Notes: a model not told the origin generated them from the sequence alone. A stretch of 64,000 nucleotides of DNA from Octopus sinensis (GCF_006345805.1 NC_042998.1:49848001-49912000); one strand, 5' to 3'. Counted from the stretch's first letter, positions 25,634-39,271 are shown. Program-made: numbers and translations.

Positions 25634-26965
25634 TCAAGCTTTATCGATGTTAATATTGGCAGTAATTCGGCAGATGCACAGTCCACGGAACGTGCTCTGG
25701 TAAGGGCGGTGTGGATAGTGGTGAGTGGCGATCCATGAGTTGAGACTGAGTCTCAAAGTCATGGTCGTCACTACAGAGCCTGCGTAGACGGAGGAATTGG
25801 GAATAGGGGATGGAAAGCTTGGTGTGTTTAAGGTGGGAGGAAGAGAAGTTGAGGTATGAGTGTGAGCCTGTGTGTTTGTACTGGATGGAGGCGGTGGAGT
25901 GATGGATGCTAACCGAAATGTCAAGAAAGGAGACAGTGGTGTCAGAGATAGTGTAGAAGTGGAGGGCAGGATGGAAGGATTTGACAAAAGAGAGGAAGGA
26001 GTCTAGATGTTTGCGGAAGAATGAGATCGCAGCGATACAGTCGTCAATATAACGGCCGTATAGTTCGGAAGTGGGACCAGTGAAACTTGAGTATATTTGG
26101 GTCTCAACGTAGCCAAGGAACATGTTCGCATAGTTGGGGCCCATTCTCGTTCCCATGGCCACTCCCAAGACCTACTGGTAGAAATCACCAGTGAACGAGA
26201 AGCAGTTGAGTGAGAGGACATATTCGGCCAGACGAACGAGTGTTGATGTGTCGGGTTGGGGGTTAGGTCGAAGGTTAAGGAAATGTTGGAGTGTACGCAG
26301 CCCCTTGTGGTGAGGGATCACTGTGTAAAGGTTCCGGATGTCGAGAGTGAAGAGAAGTTTAGAGGGGCCGGAGGGAAGGAGAAAGAGTTGAACAAACGGA
26401 GCGCGTGGTTGGTGTCATATATATGAGAGGGGAGGAAAGACATTAGTGGGGGCAAGGACATGGTCAAGGTATCTGGAGATGAGTTCGGTGGAGCAGCTGC
26501 AGGCGGAGACGATGGGGCGGCCAGGGTTGTTAGGTTTGTGGATTTTGGGGAGGAAGTAAGTAGCAGGGGTGCAAGGGATGCGGACAATAAGGTTGGAGGC
26601 GGTAGGAGGGGAGGCGGGAGAAGGAGATAAGGCCATGGAGGGCACAGTCTGTTGGTAGCTAGGTGTGGGTTCAGAGGGCAGAAGGCAGTAGAAGGAGGTA
26701 TCTTGAAGTTGGCGGAGAGCTTCGGCTTTGTAGAGGTCTGCGCGCCACACCACAACGGCTCCACCCTTGTAAGCCGGTTTTATGATGATGTCAGTATGGC
26801 GTCGAAGACATCGAAGGGGTGAGAGTTCGGGTGGTGAGATGTTCAGATGACGGGGACGCCTGGAAAAGTTAAACCGCTCCACCGCGCACTGGCAGGCGAC
26901 CGCAAAAAGATCGACTACTTGGAATGGCCAGGAGCTGGCATCCACAGGGGATGGTTGGCGGCCCA
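25634..26965 (-). mobile_element. Penelope-like retroelement (Neptune-type) RT pseudogene
   Basis: DIIIKPAYKGGAVVVW, YFLPKIHKPNNPGRPIVS, GVAMGTRMGPNYAN, RYIDD, SFLDI, SIPYSQFLRLRRLCS; frameshifted; no GIY-YIG domain visible. Confidence 0.92.
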
Positions 26966-26967
26966 GG

Positions 26968-27008
<41 letters not shown>

Positions 27009-27030
27009 TATTATATATATATATATATAT

Positions 27031-27063
<33 letters not shown>

Positions 27064-27218
27064 CATAATATATATATATATATATACATATAAATATACA
27101 TACATATAATATATCTACACACTATACTATATAGTAAATAGTATATATATACATACATTTATATATATATAGATGTATGTTACATACGTATATATATATA
27201 TAGATGTATATATATACG

Positions 27219-27255
<37 letters not shown>

Positions 27256-27347
27256 ACATATATATGTGTATGTATGTTATATATATATACAGCATATGTA
27301 TATATATATAAATAAATATATATATATATATACACATATAATGTATG

Positions 27348-27379
<32 letters not shown>

Positions 27380-27565
27380 TGTAAGTATATATATATATAA
27401 TATTATACATATATACGTTTGTAGGTATATATATATATATATATTATATATATATATTTATTTATATATTATACATATATCTGTTATATATATGTAAGTA
27501 TAACACATATTTAAATATATACATTACATACATACACAACACACACATATATATATATATATATT
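26968..27565. repeat. (TA)n-rich microsatellite field truncating the PLE
   Basis: Direct inspection. Confidence 0.95.
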
Positions 27566-27836
27566 AATACCTACTTCCGGTTGGACTTCGTCTTGCTTAG
27601 CTTTCCGCTATATTGTGTTTTTTAACACAACACGTGTACAGAGGGAACTTTTCTGGATGAAATGACGCAGCTTATGGCTTTCCAGAAACACACGTTAAGT
27701 TTGTTACATAGCACACACACTCACACACGCACACACACACACGCACACACACACACACACACACACATATACTTACAGACCACAGACACACACACATGTA
27801 TAAAGGAAACGGTCCGTCTCAAGGCGTGTACACATA

Positions 27837-28058
27837 GGGCTAGTTTCCCGGATTCCGTGGTGGACATATTGACCCCCACCAAGCTCGGGTTGATGGTCCA
27901 TCGCCGGATTATTCATTTTTTGCTAGCTAAGTGGACTGAAGCAGATAAAATGAAGTGTTTTTTTTTTCAGGAACACTACACATCGTCCGGGCCAGGAATT
28001 GAAACCACAATCTTACGAACACGAGTGCAAAAGTTTACCCGCGAAGCCACGCACCTCC
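27837..28058 (-). mobile_element. tRNA-derived CORE-type SINE (family C); related copy at ~53765-54000
   Basis: Minus-strand tRNA-like head, CORE-like GCTTCAGTCCACTTAGC segment, tail shared with the V-type SINE (GAAAC..GCCC). Confidence 0.7.
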
Positions 28059-28687
28059 ATATACACACACACGCACACGCCCACAAACACACACACACAC
28101 ACAACAATTACGGCATCAAGAAACAATAACAACTGTAATTATAATAATTTATTACACTTTGGCATGAAAACATGGGCAAGTTGAGATAATTGTCTTGCTC
28201 AGGGATACACAAATACAGGGAATGGTGTAGTATACAAACTCACAACCTAGTCTGGTATCTTATCCAAACAACAATTGATTTTTTTTCTCAATAAGAACGC
28301 TTTCTCAAACTGGCACAAGGCCGCAAATAGGTTGGGGTGTTGTGTAGTCAGTATAACAATGGCATTAATTTATTGACCCCAGAGGTATGAAAGACATAGA
28401 CAATCCTGGCAGGATTTGAAACCAGACCGTAGACGGATGAAACTAAATATTGAATGACATCTAGTCCCAACGCTCTACTGTTTTATTTTTTTGCCATTGT
28501 GCTCAAGGCCCGAATTTTTTTTTTTGTATGAGGAGGGAGTATAGCATGTTGATGGAAGTGCTGTTGGTAGTGGAATGGTTAGTTTCTTTGTTGGTGGCAG
28601 TAGGATTCATGGTGTTGGAGTTGTTGTTGTTGATGATGCTAGTTTTGATTGTAACCTAAGTATTGGTGTTTATGTTGGAATATGTAC

Positions 28688-28920
28688 CTATTTCTTTACT
28701 ACCCACAAGGGGCTAAATACAGAGAAGACAAACAACGACAGACAAACGGATTAAGTCGATTATATCGACCCCAGTGCGTAACTGGTACTTATTTAATCGA
28801 ACCCGAAAGGATGAAAGGCAAAGTCGACCTCGGCGGAATTTGAACTCAGAACATAGCGGCAGACGGAATACCGCTAAGCATTTCGTCCTGCGCACTAACG
28901 TTTTTGCCAGCTCGTCACCT
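28688..28920 (-). mobile_element. SINE family A, near-consensus copy
   Basis: Full head, body and AAAGAAATAGGTA tail. Confidence 0.92.
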
Positions 28921-30199
28921 TACGTTGTAGTATGTATCGTTATGTTGTTGAGGTATGTACCGTTGTTGTTAGTGTTGATGGTTTAGTATTGTTGCTAATA
29001 TGTATAAGCTATTTCAGAAACCCTTATTTAACGGACATAATACACAGTCGTCTTGCCATATACTAAAGGGATAATTCAATAATACAACAGCAACAACCTA
29101 CATATACAGATATATGCTCTCAGGCATATCGGTTTGCATTGAACGTCATAGCCGATGAGCCAATTTCAAGTAGAACCATGTTGGAATTAGCGCAGAATGT
29201 TATATCATCTGACACAGAATGTTATATCATCTATTGTGGGGTCAGTAAGGGCGGTCCTCTCCGGGCGACACTTTTGGGCCTGAAGTTGGCAATATGTGAT
29301 TTTTGTTGGATCCGGGGGCGGCAAACGGAAGGGCTGCCCTGGGCGGCACACGTTCTAGCTACGCTAGGGAATAGATCTACAGCATTTTGGTCGCTGTTGT
29401 TTTAAGTTTTTCTTGTGACTATTCAGTCATTATTATGTAATTTATTGTACCAATATTGAGGAAGATAGGAAAAATGAACCCATTTTGAAAACCTTAGGCT
29501 GTAAGGGGAAATATATTCACTTGATAAAATGAGATAGGCAGATCGTTACATCCTCATACCAATGAGAACGCGTTTCATTGGCATGAGATAATGATATTGT
29601 CTTGTTTATGCTGTTGCCTTATAGCTGTACCTTAGAATAAAAGTAAGAAAAATTTTACCTATTCTATCAAATGGTAGGCATACTAAATGAAAGTTTATTT
29701 TCTAGCGGATGTAAATATTCAAGGGAATAGAGGCATTATCTTTAGCTGTTGCAGAAAATCCCAGGAAATCCTGGTAAAAATTTACGAAGCTGATGCCCAG
29801 CCTGAACACACAACTTCTGCAGATAAAGAAAAACAATGCGGATGGGAAAGGAACTGGAATATAAATCTGGTCCGAATGCATGCAACAGAACAAACTCCGC
29901 TTAAGGCACCAAAAGAACCAAGATAGTAGTGTTAAACTGGGAAGAACTTTGGTTCTGTCACTCAGCGATGGCATGGGAGATTCTGCTGAAATGATTAGTG
30001 TTGCTTTTGTTCCTTCTAGCGGTGGTGATGGTAGTCATAACAGTAGTAGTAGTTATGTAATTCTTTTCGGAATATATGTAGTTTATCTTGTCATCATTTT
30101 ACTATCTACTAAGGCTGTCAGTGTTTTCTCTGCATTGGTGTTATTGCTTTTATTGGAAACAATGTTGTCGTTGTAACTGCGTTGTTTTATTGTTGCAGT

Positions 30200-32304
30200 G
30201 GTTAATGCGTCATTATCTTTATTATTATCATTATTAATTATTTTTAATTTCTATTATTATCATTATTTTATTATTATTATTATTATTTTATTATCATTAT
30301 TTTATTATATTATTATTATTATTATTATCATTTTATTATTATTATTATTATTATCATTTTATTATTATTATTATTACTATTATTATTATTACTATTATTA
30401 TTATTATTACTTATTATTATTATTACTATTATTATTATTACTATTATTATTATTACTATTATTATTATTATCATTTTATTATTATTATTATTATTATTAC
30501 TATTATTATATTATTTATTACTATTATTATTATTATTATTTTAGTTTCTAATTTTGTTTCGAATTTTGTTTCCAGAATCATTGATGTTTTGAACCTTGTC
30601 TTTGAAATATTAATATTGTTTATTATTTCATAGTTATAATATGATAAAATAAAATACAATAAACAGGATTTTATTGAAAAATGAACTGAGGATCGGAAAT
30701 CAATTTCCTTCTTTTCTTTCTAGCATAATTTTTTCTAGAAATTCAACAATATTTCCCATTAGCAAAGCTACCATCTGCTGCAGGTACCACCATTCAATAC
30801 AAATGCTATATAGTGCCATCTGTACCCTGGGTATCGTCAATATTCACCCATATCGAAACATATCACTATCAACTTACCATGCGTTTCTTTTTGTTGGAAC
30901 GATAAGCACCAGTCATTATCCTCGTCATCATAACCACGACTACGATCACGACCACGATGACCACCCTCATCATCATCATCATCATCATCAACATCATCGT
31001 TACCACCAGCACCACCATCATCACCATCACCATCACCATCACCATCATCATCAACATCATCATCATCATCATCATCAACAACATCATCATCATCATCATC
31101 ATCAGTCTCATAATCTCCACCACATCAACTGTCGACAACATCTACACCAGCATCATCATCACCCAAAACAACTGACATCCTCATCATCACCGCGATCACT
31201 ACCACAGACTGCCACGAACATACATATATGTCGGAGTACCTCACATACCAGATGCGATCCAGCCATCCTCATCCATACATCCAAACCCATCGTTCACCAC
31301 TCTCTCTCTCACCTAGATACAGGAAGTACAAATGCAATTTCCACGCCATCCAGCGCAGCAATTCTCATGTCATGCATATCATAGCAGTCTAATTTTTGCA
31401 TAGTACCTTCTCTGCCTCTTGCTCTGTTACTTGATGATGATGATGATGATGATGATGATGAGGTGGTGTATGAAGAAGAGTTGGAGGAAGAGGGGGCGAA
31501 AGATTCCAATGATGTCGGGGATCAACAGAATCATTCTGTTGTGGCCATGGGCACCTTCCTCCTCTTCGCCACCGCCACCATCACCACCACCACCATTATC
31601 ATCATCACCAACATCATCCTCAACAACGTTACCACCACCACCACCACCACCACCACTATCACCACCACCATTCACACAACCGCCAGCAAACTTTTCACAA
31701 CCAGTATTTTTATTAATTTATCACGTTCACCACCACAACCACACACAGACTAAAACCACCAACACCACTGCCATCACCACAACACCACCACCACCACCAT
31801 CATCACCATCACCATCACCATCATCATCATCATCCATTATTATCATAATCATCATCATCATCATCACCACCACCACTACCACCACCACTACCATTATCAA
31901 CAACAGAAGCTCAAATCTTATTAGTATAGTCTGTTTTGTAATCTTTTCCGTTTTTAATATATATTCTTCATGCTGGAGTGTCTAGTCCGGTTATGGGCAC
32001 TGAATATCTTCATCCGCGGAATACCGAACGGAAGGAAATCACCACTTGTCGGAAGCAACAAAATTTGTCTTCATCATCTCATCAACATTTTACACCTGGT
32101 TAATGATATCCACCCACTCACTACCAAAACCAACAACACATCACCATCACCACCACCACCACCACCGTGCCATCAACAAAGAACTGCATCACTACTCCAT
32201 CATAACAACTGCCACCGTTATCGCCATCTTCTCCAGAATCTTCTCGAAGTCAATCAACCACATCATAATAATCACATTAGCAATCGCAGACATCATCGCC
32301 GTCG

Positions 32305-32344
<40 letters not shown>

Positions 32345-32420
32345 TCATCATCATCATCATCATCACCATCTTCACCACCATCATGCTCACCATCATCCAA
32401 CCATCATCATCATCATCATC
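30200..32420. repeat. trinucleotide mosaic field ((ATT)n, (CAT)n, (CAC)n, (GAT)n)
   Basis: Direct inspection; yields poly-Y/L/H/T/P pseudo-ORFs. Confidence 0.85.
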
Positions 32421-33026
32421 ATATATATATATAATATATAATATATATATGTATATATAATATAATATAATATATATAATATATATTAAAATTTATATAT
32501 ATAATATATAATATACATAATATAATATATGATATATCATAATATATATATATATATATACATATATATTTATAAATGCTTAATGCAAGTAGAATCAATA
32601 TCAAATTTTTTTTAGTGATTACAATCAAAGTAAATAATACAGGTAATAATATTAATAATAAAAATAATAATGTTAACAGCAATAATAATATTTTATTTTT
32701 TTTTATAATAATGTTAAATAATTGTGCTTATCCATTCTTGCAATCACTGGCTAGGAGTGTGAACGTATGAGAGGGGAAATTCTTGTTTGCACAGGTATGG
32801 GTATGTGTGTATGTGTTTCTATGTGTACCGCTTAGAGATTATGAGTAAATGCATGTGTGTATGGAAATGCATGTATGCATGTGTAGACTTTCACACCATA
32901 TATGAATACAAAAAAATACAGATCTGTAGACATCGACATATACATACATCTGAGTGACTGTTGATATATATGCATACATATATATATATATATACATACT
33001 ATCCGTAGACATTCATATGCGTGTAT

Positions 33027-33082
<56 letters not shown>

Positions 33083-33482
33083 CATGTATATATATATATA
33101 TACATATACATGTATATATGTATATGTAGATACACAGATATATATGTATATACATACATATATGTGTATATATCGATAACAACATACATATATATATACC
33201 TATACATGTATATGTATATACACACATATAATGTATATACATACATATATGTGTATATATATATATACATACATACATATATATAATACATAGATACATA
33301 ACATATGTATATATATATATATATACACACATATGTCCATAAATACTCATATGTGTATATATATATGTTTGTGTATATAAATGCATGCGTATATATATAT
33401 ATATATATAATATATATAGACATATACATTTACATATATTTACATATACATTTATATATTATATATACATATAATATTATAT

Positions 33483-33516
<34 letters not shown>

Positions 33517-33860
33517 GACATATACATTTACATGTATATATTTGTACACTCACAACACACACACGCAGACACGTTCGCACACATACGCATACACACACAT
33601 ACACACAGACGCACGCACACATACACGCATATATACTGACAAGCGAATATTTGTGTCTGGTTGTGTGTGTGTGTATGTGTGTGTATGGAAGCATTGATAA
33701 TTGTAATAATTGAGGTATGTATTTTTAAAACTTAATTATTTATGTATTTTTTTTTCTGTGTGTACAGTGTAAATATGACAATTTATCAATCTGCGATGCA
33801 TTATATATCAATAAATATTAGTGTGTGTGCATGCGTATATGAATATATATAATATATATA

Positions 33861-33913
<53 letters not shown>

Positions 33914-33917
33914 ATAT

Positions 33918-33958
<41 letters not shown>

Positions 33959-34011
33959 TATATATATATAACAATATCTATATAAATAATTATATTATAT
34001 TACATATATAA

Positions 34012-34076
<65 letters not shown>

Positions 34077-34178
34077 ATATATAATATATATTATATTACA
34101 TATATATACATATATATATATATATATAATAATATAATATATATATATAATGATAATATATATATATACCATATATAC

Positions 34179-34232
<54 letters not shown>

Positions 34233-34274
34233 TTTTATAAAATATATATATATATATTATACATATATATATAC

Positions 34275-34343
<69 letters not shown>

Positions 34344-34393
34344 CATATAACATATATATTATATATATTATATATATATATATATATATAAAT

Positions 34394-34425
<32 letters not shown>

Positions 34426-34584
34426 ATATATACATATATATATATATATATAAAATATATACACATATGTACATATATATATATGTATATGTGTATATAT
34501 TTATTAATATATATATATATATATATTATATAAATAATACACATATACATATCATATATATATAATATAATATATACATATGTG

Positions 34585-34616
<32 letters not shown>

Positions 34617-34849
34617 TATATACACAACACATATATATATAGACATATATATATATACTATATTATATATATACATATATATATATGCATGTGTATAAAC
34701 ATATATACATATATACACATATATAGATAGATATACGTATATGTATATATACACATACCTATAGATATATATAAGCATATCTCTGCGTATATATATATAC
34801 ATGTGTGTATATATATGCATACATGCTATATATATATATATATATAGAT

Positions 34850-34904
<55 letters not shown>

Positions 34905-34915
34905 ATATGCAGACA
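32421..34915. repeat. ~2.5-kb (TA)n-dominated microsatellite massif
   Basis: Direct inspection; briefly interrupted at ~32570-32830 and ~33520-33830. Confidence 0.95.
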
Positions 34916-34994
34916 CACATGCATATATAATGCACACGCATTCACACGCACAATGTTATAGTTTTATATGTTGGATTGCCGAATATTATTAATG

Positions 34995-35762
34995 TCACAT
35001 AGCTTGATTATTTATTATATTTTCTTTCTGTGCAGTTTGGTCAAGGCAAGTTCGTTCTGGGTTTTGCTGCCAAAGTCTCAGTTCATAATTATTCTGTGCC
35101 GCTGAGTCTTTTGGCTCCGCTCTGCACTGAGGTGATAACCTCCAGTATGGTGGCGTTTGTTCTTTGGGATCAGATCCACCACCACACTGCGGCGATAGCC
35201 TCCAGTGTGGAGTCACGTCATAGGGCTCAACGCCACACTGAGGTGACATTCTGCGGGATGGGGAAGAGTCGTTCGGCTCCGTACCACATTGCGGAGGCGA
35301 CAGCCTCCATTGTTGGCTGCGTTCGATGTCCCTCATTTTGGGGGACGATGACATGTGTCGGCTGGGAATGTTTATCACGGTGGTCGTCGTAGCTGCCGTA
35401 CTCGCCGGTGGCAAGGAAGTAGGAGGCATAGTCGGCGGTTGGGGCGGCGGCGGCGGCGACGGAGGCTGGGGAGGTGGTGACGGAGGTGACGGCGGTGGAG
35501 GCACAGGCAAAACATCCGGCGGCGACGGGATTCGCTCTGTCTGTCGACCGTGGGGCAGGACTGTCTGGCTGCTCAGTGTACACCAGAGAGGCAGGCTTGT
35601 GTTGAGGCTGGCTGGTATATCACTAGGAGGAAGAGGGTTACTGTTGCGGTTGGCAATGATTTCCGGGAGGTTCCTTTTTTCTTCAGAGACACTTTTTATT
35701 TGCACAGTCTGGTTACGGCATTTCCATTCTGTCCAAATCCGATACTGATACCGAAATGCAAC
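34995..35762 (-). CDS. terminal coding exon (255 aa plus stop) of an unidentified protein; Pro-rich, four WRLSPQC-type repeats
   Basis: Acceptor TATCTATTTCCAG/G at 35763/35762 in phase 0; 256-codon open frame; GC-rich island in AT-rich DNA; peptide repeats differ mainly at synonymous sites. Confidence 0.72.
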   Translation of the reverse strand, partial: VAFRYQYRIWTEWKCRNQTVQIKSVSEEKRNLPEIIANRNSNPLPPSDIPASLNTSLPLWCTLSSQTVLPHGRQTERIPSPPDVLPVPPPPSPPSPPPQPPSPPPPPQPPTMPPTSLPPASTAATTTTVINIPSRHMSSSPKMRDIERSQQWRLSPPQCGTEPNDSSPSRRMSPQCGVEPYDVTPHWRLSPQCGGGSDPKEQTPPYWRLSPQCRAEPKDSAAQNNYELRLWQQNPERTCLDQTAQKENIINNQAM

Positions 35763-36829
35763 CTGGAAATAGATAATAATATATTTATATTGAGTATAAA
35801 AACAATATATATATAAGAGATAAGAATGGTGCGTAGCGTTACAATAACCAATACGGTCCATAATTTAAATAGAAACAAGTGAGGAACGAACAGAAAACTC
35901 ACACACAAGATGGGACGTTACTCATTCGTCGTTTCGTTCACGTCCAAAAGATCCCTTCAATTGCACACCATATGAAAATATATTGTTACGGAGGCAAGAA
36001 AAAGGTAAACAAACAGAAAACATTATGCCCCTTGTTCCATTAGTTAGAATTGAACCGGCGCTCCAGTTGTTCAGGACAATGGTATCTCTTTTTGTCCTGT
36101 CAAGACCACGATAATTAATGATCCGAGGTAGTGATCTATGATCCCAACACGGTCACGGAGAGTTTTAAAACAATAATAATGCTTCCCTTTATAAATGCGG
36201 CTGGTATTGGGGTTAGTTAGTCAGTTGGCGAGAGTCAGTCAGCCAGACCGTGAGCGGAGGGGATAAGGGAGTGAGATGGAGATGGTGGGGTCGGCGAGAG
36301 GCAACGACAAAGGTGACAAGCGTGGTCTGGAGAAAGACAGACAGTGAATGTGGAAGATGACAAGCGAGAGGAAGTAAGGAAGATGACAGTGAAGGGGACA
36401 GAGAGAAGCCGGACTGATATAGTGGGAGTTTTGTGATGATTCAGGGAAGTGTTGCAGACGAGGAACATGCGGTAATGTTTATTTATGTTTGAATTTCGAT
36501 GTTTAACTGTTTAAAAAAAAGGGAAAGAAAAGAGAAAGGAATAAAAGAAAGAGAACTTGGAACTCAAGAGAGACAGTTGATTTTGAACTTTGTACTGAAT
36601 GTAAACAAAACCATTGTCTTAAAAAAAAGAAAAAAAAAGACCAAACTGTATTGAGTCAAATGTTGAACGATTTGTGTTTTTTTGCGAACTCTGTATTGTG
36701 TTTAAATGCATTTGATTCGATTTTTCGAACTGTGTTATGTTTAAATGCAATGATGTTTCTCGAACTCTGTGTTTGATTTGTCAACCTTTGTTTTGGAATG
36801 TTTTGATTTTGTTTTGAAAAAAAAATATT

Positions 36830-37728
36830 AAATTACGCAACTTCCGCTGTCTCTCTCTTTTGTTGTTGTTGTGTTGGTTTCTGGCTGCGTTCGCCGCCTT
36901 CTCCCGCTTTCCGTGGTGGATTTCCGGTTTGCTGAGCGTCGTCGTCGCGACTTAGGGCCCGTGGTGGAATCGGAAGACCTAGGGTCCTGAGTGAGCGGCG
37001 GCGCAACAATTGGTGTCAGAAGTGGGATTTTAATTGCTGCAGTTAATCGGTTGTTCGCCATGGATTCGGTGGAGGCACGAACGAGGAGCCAGACCGGAAG
37101 AGAAGAGATCTCACTGGCTATGATTGTGGAGATGCTGATGGACCAGAGAACACTGCTAGACACATTCATGGGAAGGCTTGAGAAGAGACAACAGGGCTTG
37201 CGGGAAGATCCCCAGGTGCTTGAGGATGCAGAGGGGTCAGCTTTTGGAGATGAATGTTTGACATGTGGTAAGGGTGGACACGTGGGCGGAGATTGCTCGG
37301 CAAGTGAGAAGGAAAAGGAAGAAGGTGCCCCGGAGGAACTTTGTGTTGCTGGACCCGAAGAGCATGCTGAGTCTAAAGCTGTTAAATCCGAAGAGACTGC
37401 TGAGTCTGAGGTTGCTAAATCCGAAGAGACTGCTGAGTCTGAGGCTGCTAAATCCGAAGAGCCTGTTGAGTCTGAGGTTGCTAAATCCGAGGAGACGTGT
37501 CTTAATCATTTAACATCTGGACCCCTGTCTCCCGGGACTCAGGATGACTGTGTGGTGCCCATTGGAGAGAAGCCACAGGCGTGGATGGACTGTCAGCCGA
37601 ACCTGCGTTCCGGGAATTCTTCGGTGCAGAAGGCGGTGAAGAGGACCAAGCCTGGTAGCGAGGCGAGAGCGCTGCGGACGATGCTCCAGTGTCGGGTGAG
37701 CTTTGTGTTTGATGGCTGCTTGGGGCTG

Positions 37729-37730
<2 letters not shown>
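36830..37730 (+). mobile_element. LTR (Gypsy-like) retrotransposon fragment or non-autonomous element: putative U5, PBS, gag-like ORF, no pol
   Basis: ...GCAACA-AT-TGGTGTCAGAAGTGGGAT (LTR end plus PBS), CCHC knuckle, purine-rich GGGGCTGG before TG at ~37722-37730; no matching second LTR found. Confidence 0.7.
37011..37028 (+). promoter_or_regulatory. primer-binding site, tRNA-Leu type
   Basis: TGGTGTCAGAAGTGGGAT is the reverse complement of ATCCCACTTCTGACACCA, the 3' end of metazoan tRNA-Leu(CAA) as recalled. Confidence 0.82.
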
Positions 37731-37771
<41 letters not shown>

Positions 37772-37959
37772 CGCACACACACACAAACATATATGTAGAC
37801 AGACAGACAGATGGACAGGCAGACGTACATACAATACAGACTGACACCTACATACCCCCCACACACATGCAGGAGGACACACGAGCACGGAAAGCGCCGC
37901 TGAAAAGGTCACACATGTGTGACGAAAGATTTCCGGACAATGGATATGAGTTAAAATAA
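37060..37959 (+). CDS. gag-like ORF with CX2CX4HX4C zinc knuckle and 11-aa acidic repeat; 3' part runs into microsatellite
   Basis: GCCATGG start at 37060; MDSVEARTRSQ; CLTCGKGGHVGGDC at 37255-37296; four 33-bp ESEVAKSEETA units at ~37369-37500. Confidence 0.55.
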
Positions 37960-38050
37960 GAACAGTAATAAACGAGTGAAGAACGAATATTTAGTGCGTA
38001 TGTTTATTTGGGAAAAAAAACCATCCCGAAATAGAACTATGTATATATAT

Positions 38051-38081
<31 letters not shown>

Positions 38082-38089
38082 AAAAATAT

Positions 38090-38430
38090 ATATAAAAATA
38101 CAAAATGGGACAAGAACGCAAAACATTCAAATAGACGATACGAAAACGGACGGGTCATTCGAAGCCTCTAATCTTAAGTCAAGAACCGGATCATCCTCGC
38201 AATTTCGGCTGATTAATTTTGAGATTGCTCCGATCTGGCCAGCCCCAAGGAAAATCTAAGCTACGAGCATTAGATTTCTTGGAAAAAGGATCGAATGTAT
38301 ACATAACAAGGAGAGAAAAACGGACGATGTTACACGAAAATAAATACAAAAAAACAAAATGTAATACGAATATAAATACAAAAAACAATAATAATAACAG
38401 GACAAAAACAACAAGCGTCTTTCGACTTTA
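38090..38430. repeat. unclassified interspersed-repeat-like segment between (TA)n tracts
   Basis: Complex sequence embedded in microsatellites; single copy in this window. Confidence 0.3.
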
Positions 38431-38721
38431 GACAATATATATATATATATATTATATATATATATATATATATGTATATACACATACTCATATATACAAG
38501 CTATTCCAAGTAGAGATAATCATCACCTGTGTAAATCGAAACTACATGCACGTATGCAAATAAACATAGACCCAAAACATCTGCTCATGTATGTCCATTT
38601 TGACTTCAATACAAACAAATGAATCACCGACATGTAAACGCACACACATACACACATACAGTATACATATAACCATAATACAATTACACAGAATTACCAT
38701 CTCCTAATGTTAGTCTGTTGT

Positions 38722-38990
38722 GGAGGCGCAATGGCCCAGTGGTTAGGGCAGCGGACTCGCGGTTTCGGTTCTCAGACCGGGCGTTGTGTGTGTTTATTGA
38801 GCGAAAACACCTAAAGCTCCACGAGGCTCCGGCAGGGGGGTGGTGGCGAACCCTGTTGTACTCTTTCGCCCCAAATTTCTCTCACTCTTTTTTCCCTGTT
38901 TCTTGAGTAACGCTGCGATGGACTGTCGTCCCGTCCAGCTGGGTGGGACACATACGCCATAGAAACCGGGAAACCGGGCATATGAGCCTG
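38722..38990 (+). mobile_element. tRNA-derived V-type SINE
   Basis: Head GGAGGCGCAATGGCCCAGTGGTTAG; V-domain-like GCTGCGATGGACTGTCGTCCCGTCCAG; second copy at 47409. Confidence 0.82.
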
Positions 38991-39240
38991 GATAAGCTTG
39001 AAAAGGGCGCATCTCTCTCTCTCTCTCTCTGTCTCTGTTTGTCTGTCTGTCTCTCTCTCTCTCGCTCTGTAGGCGCAGGCGTGACTGTTGGAAGTTTGCC
39101 TCTCAACTACACAGTTTCGGGTTCAGTCCCACTGCGCAGTACCTCCGGCAAGTGTCTTCTGTTATAGATGCGGATCGACCAAAGCCTTGTGAGTAGATTT
39201 GGTATACCCCATTCCGCTACACCATCGGTACTCGTATGTT

Positions 39241-39271
<31 letters not shown>

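Noticed and set aside
30674-31384. 236-aa poly-His ORF on the plus strand
   Set aside because: Driven by (CAT)/(CAC) repeats, with no recognisable domain, ATG start or convincing splice signals.
36235-36470. GA-rich segment resembling a PLE 5' region
   Set aside because: No diagnostic motif; cannot be assigned.
38722-38790. tRNA genes at SINE heads (also 45253, 47409, 56449)
   Set aside because: A/B boxes are present but there is no complete cloverleaf, and each continues into a SINE body.
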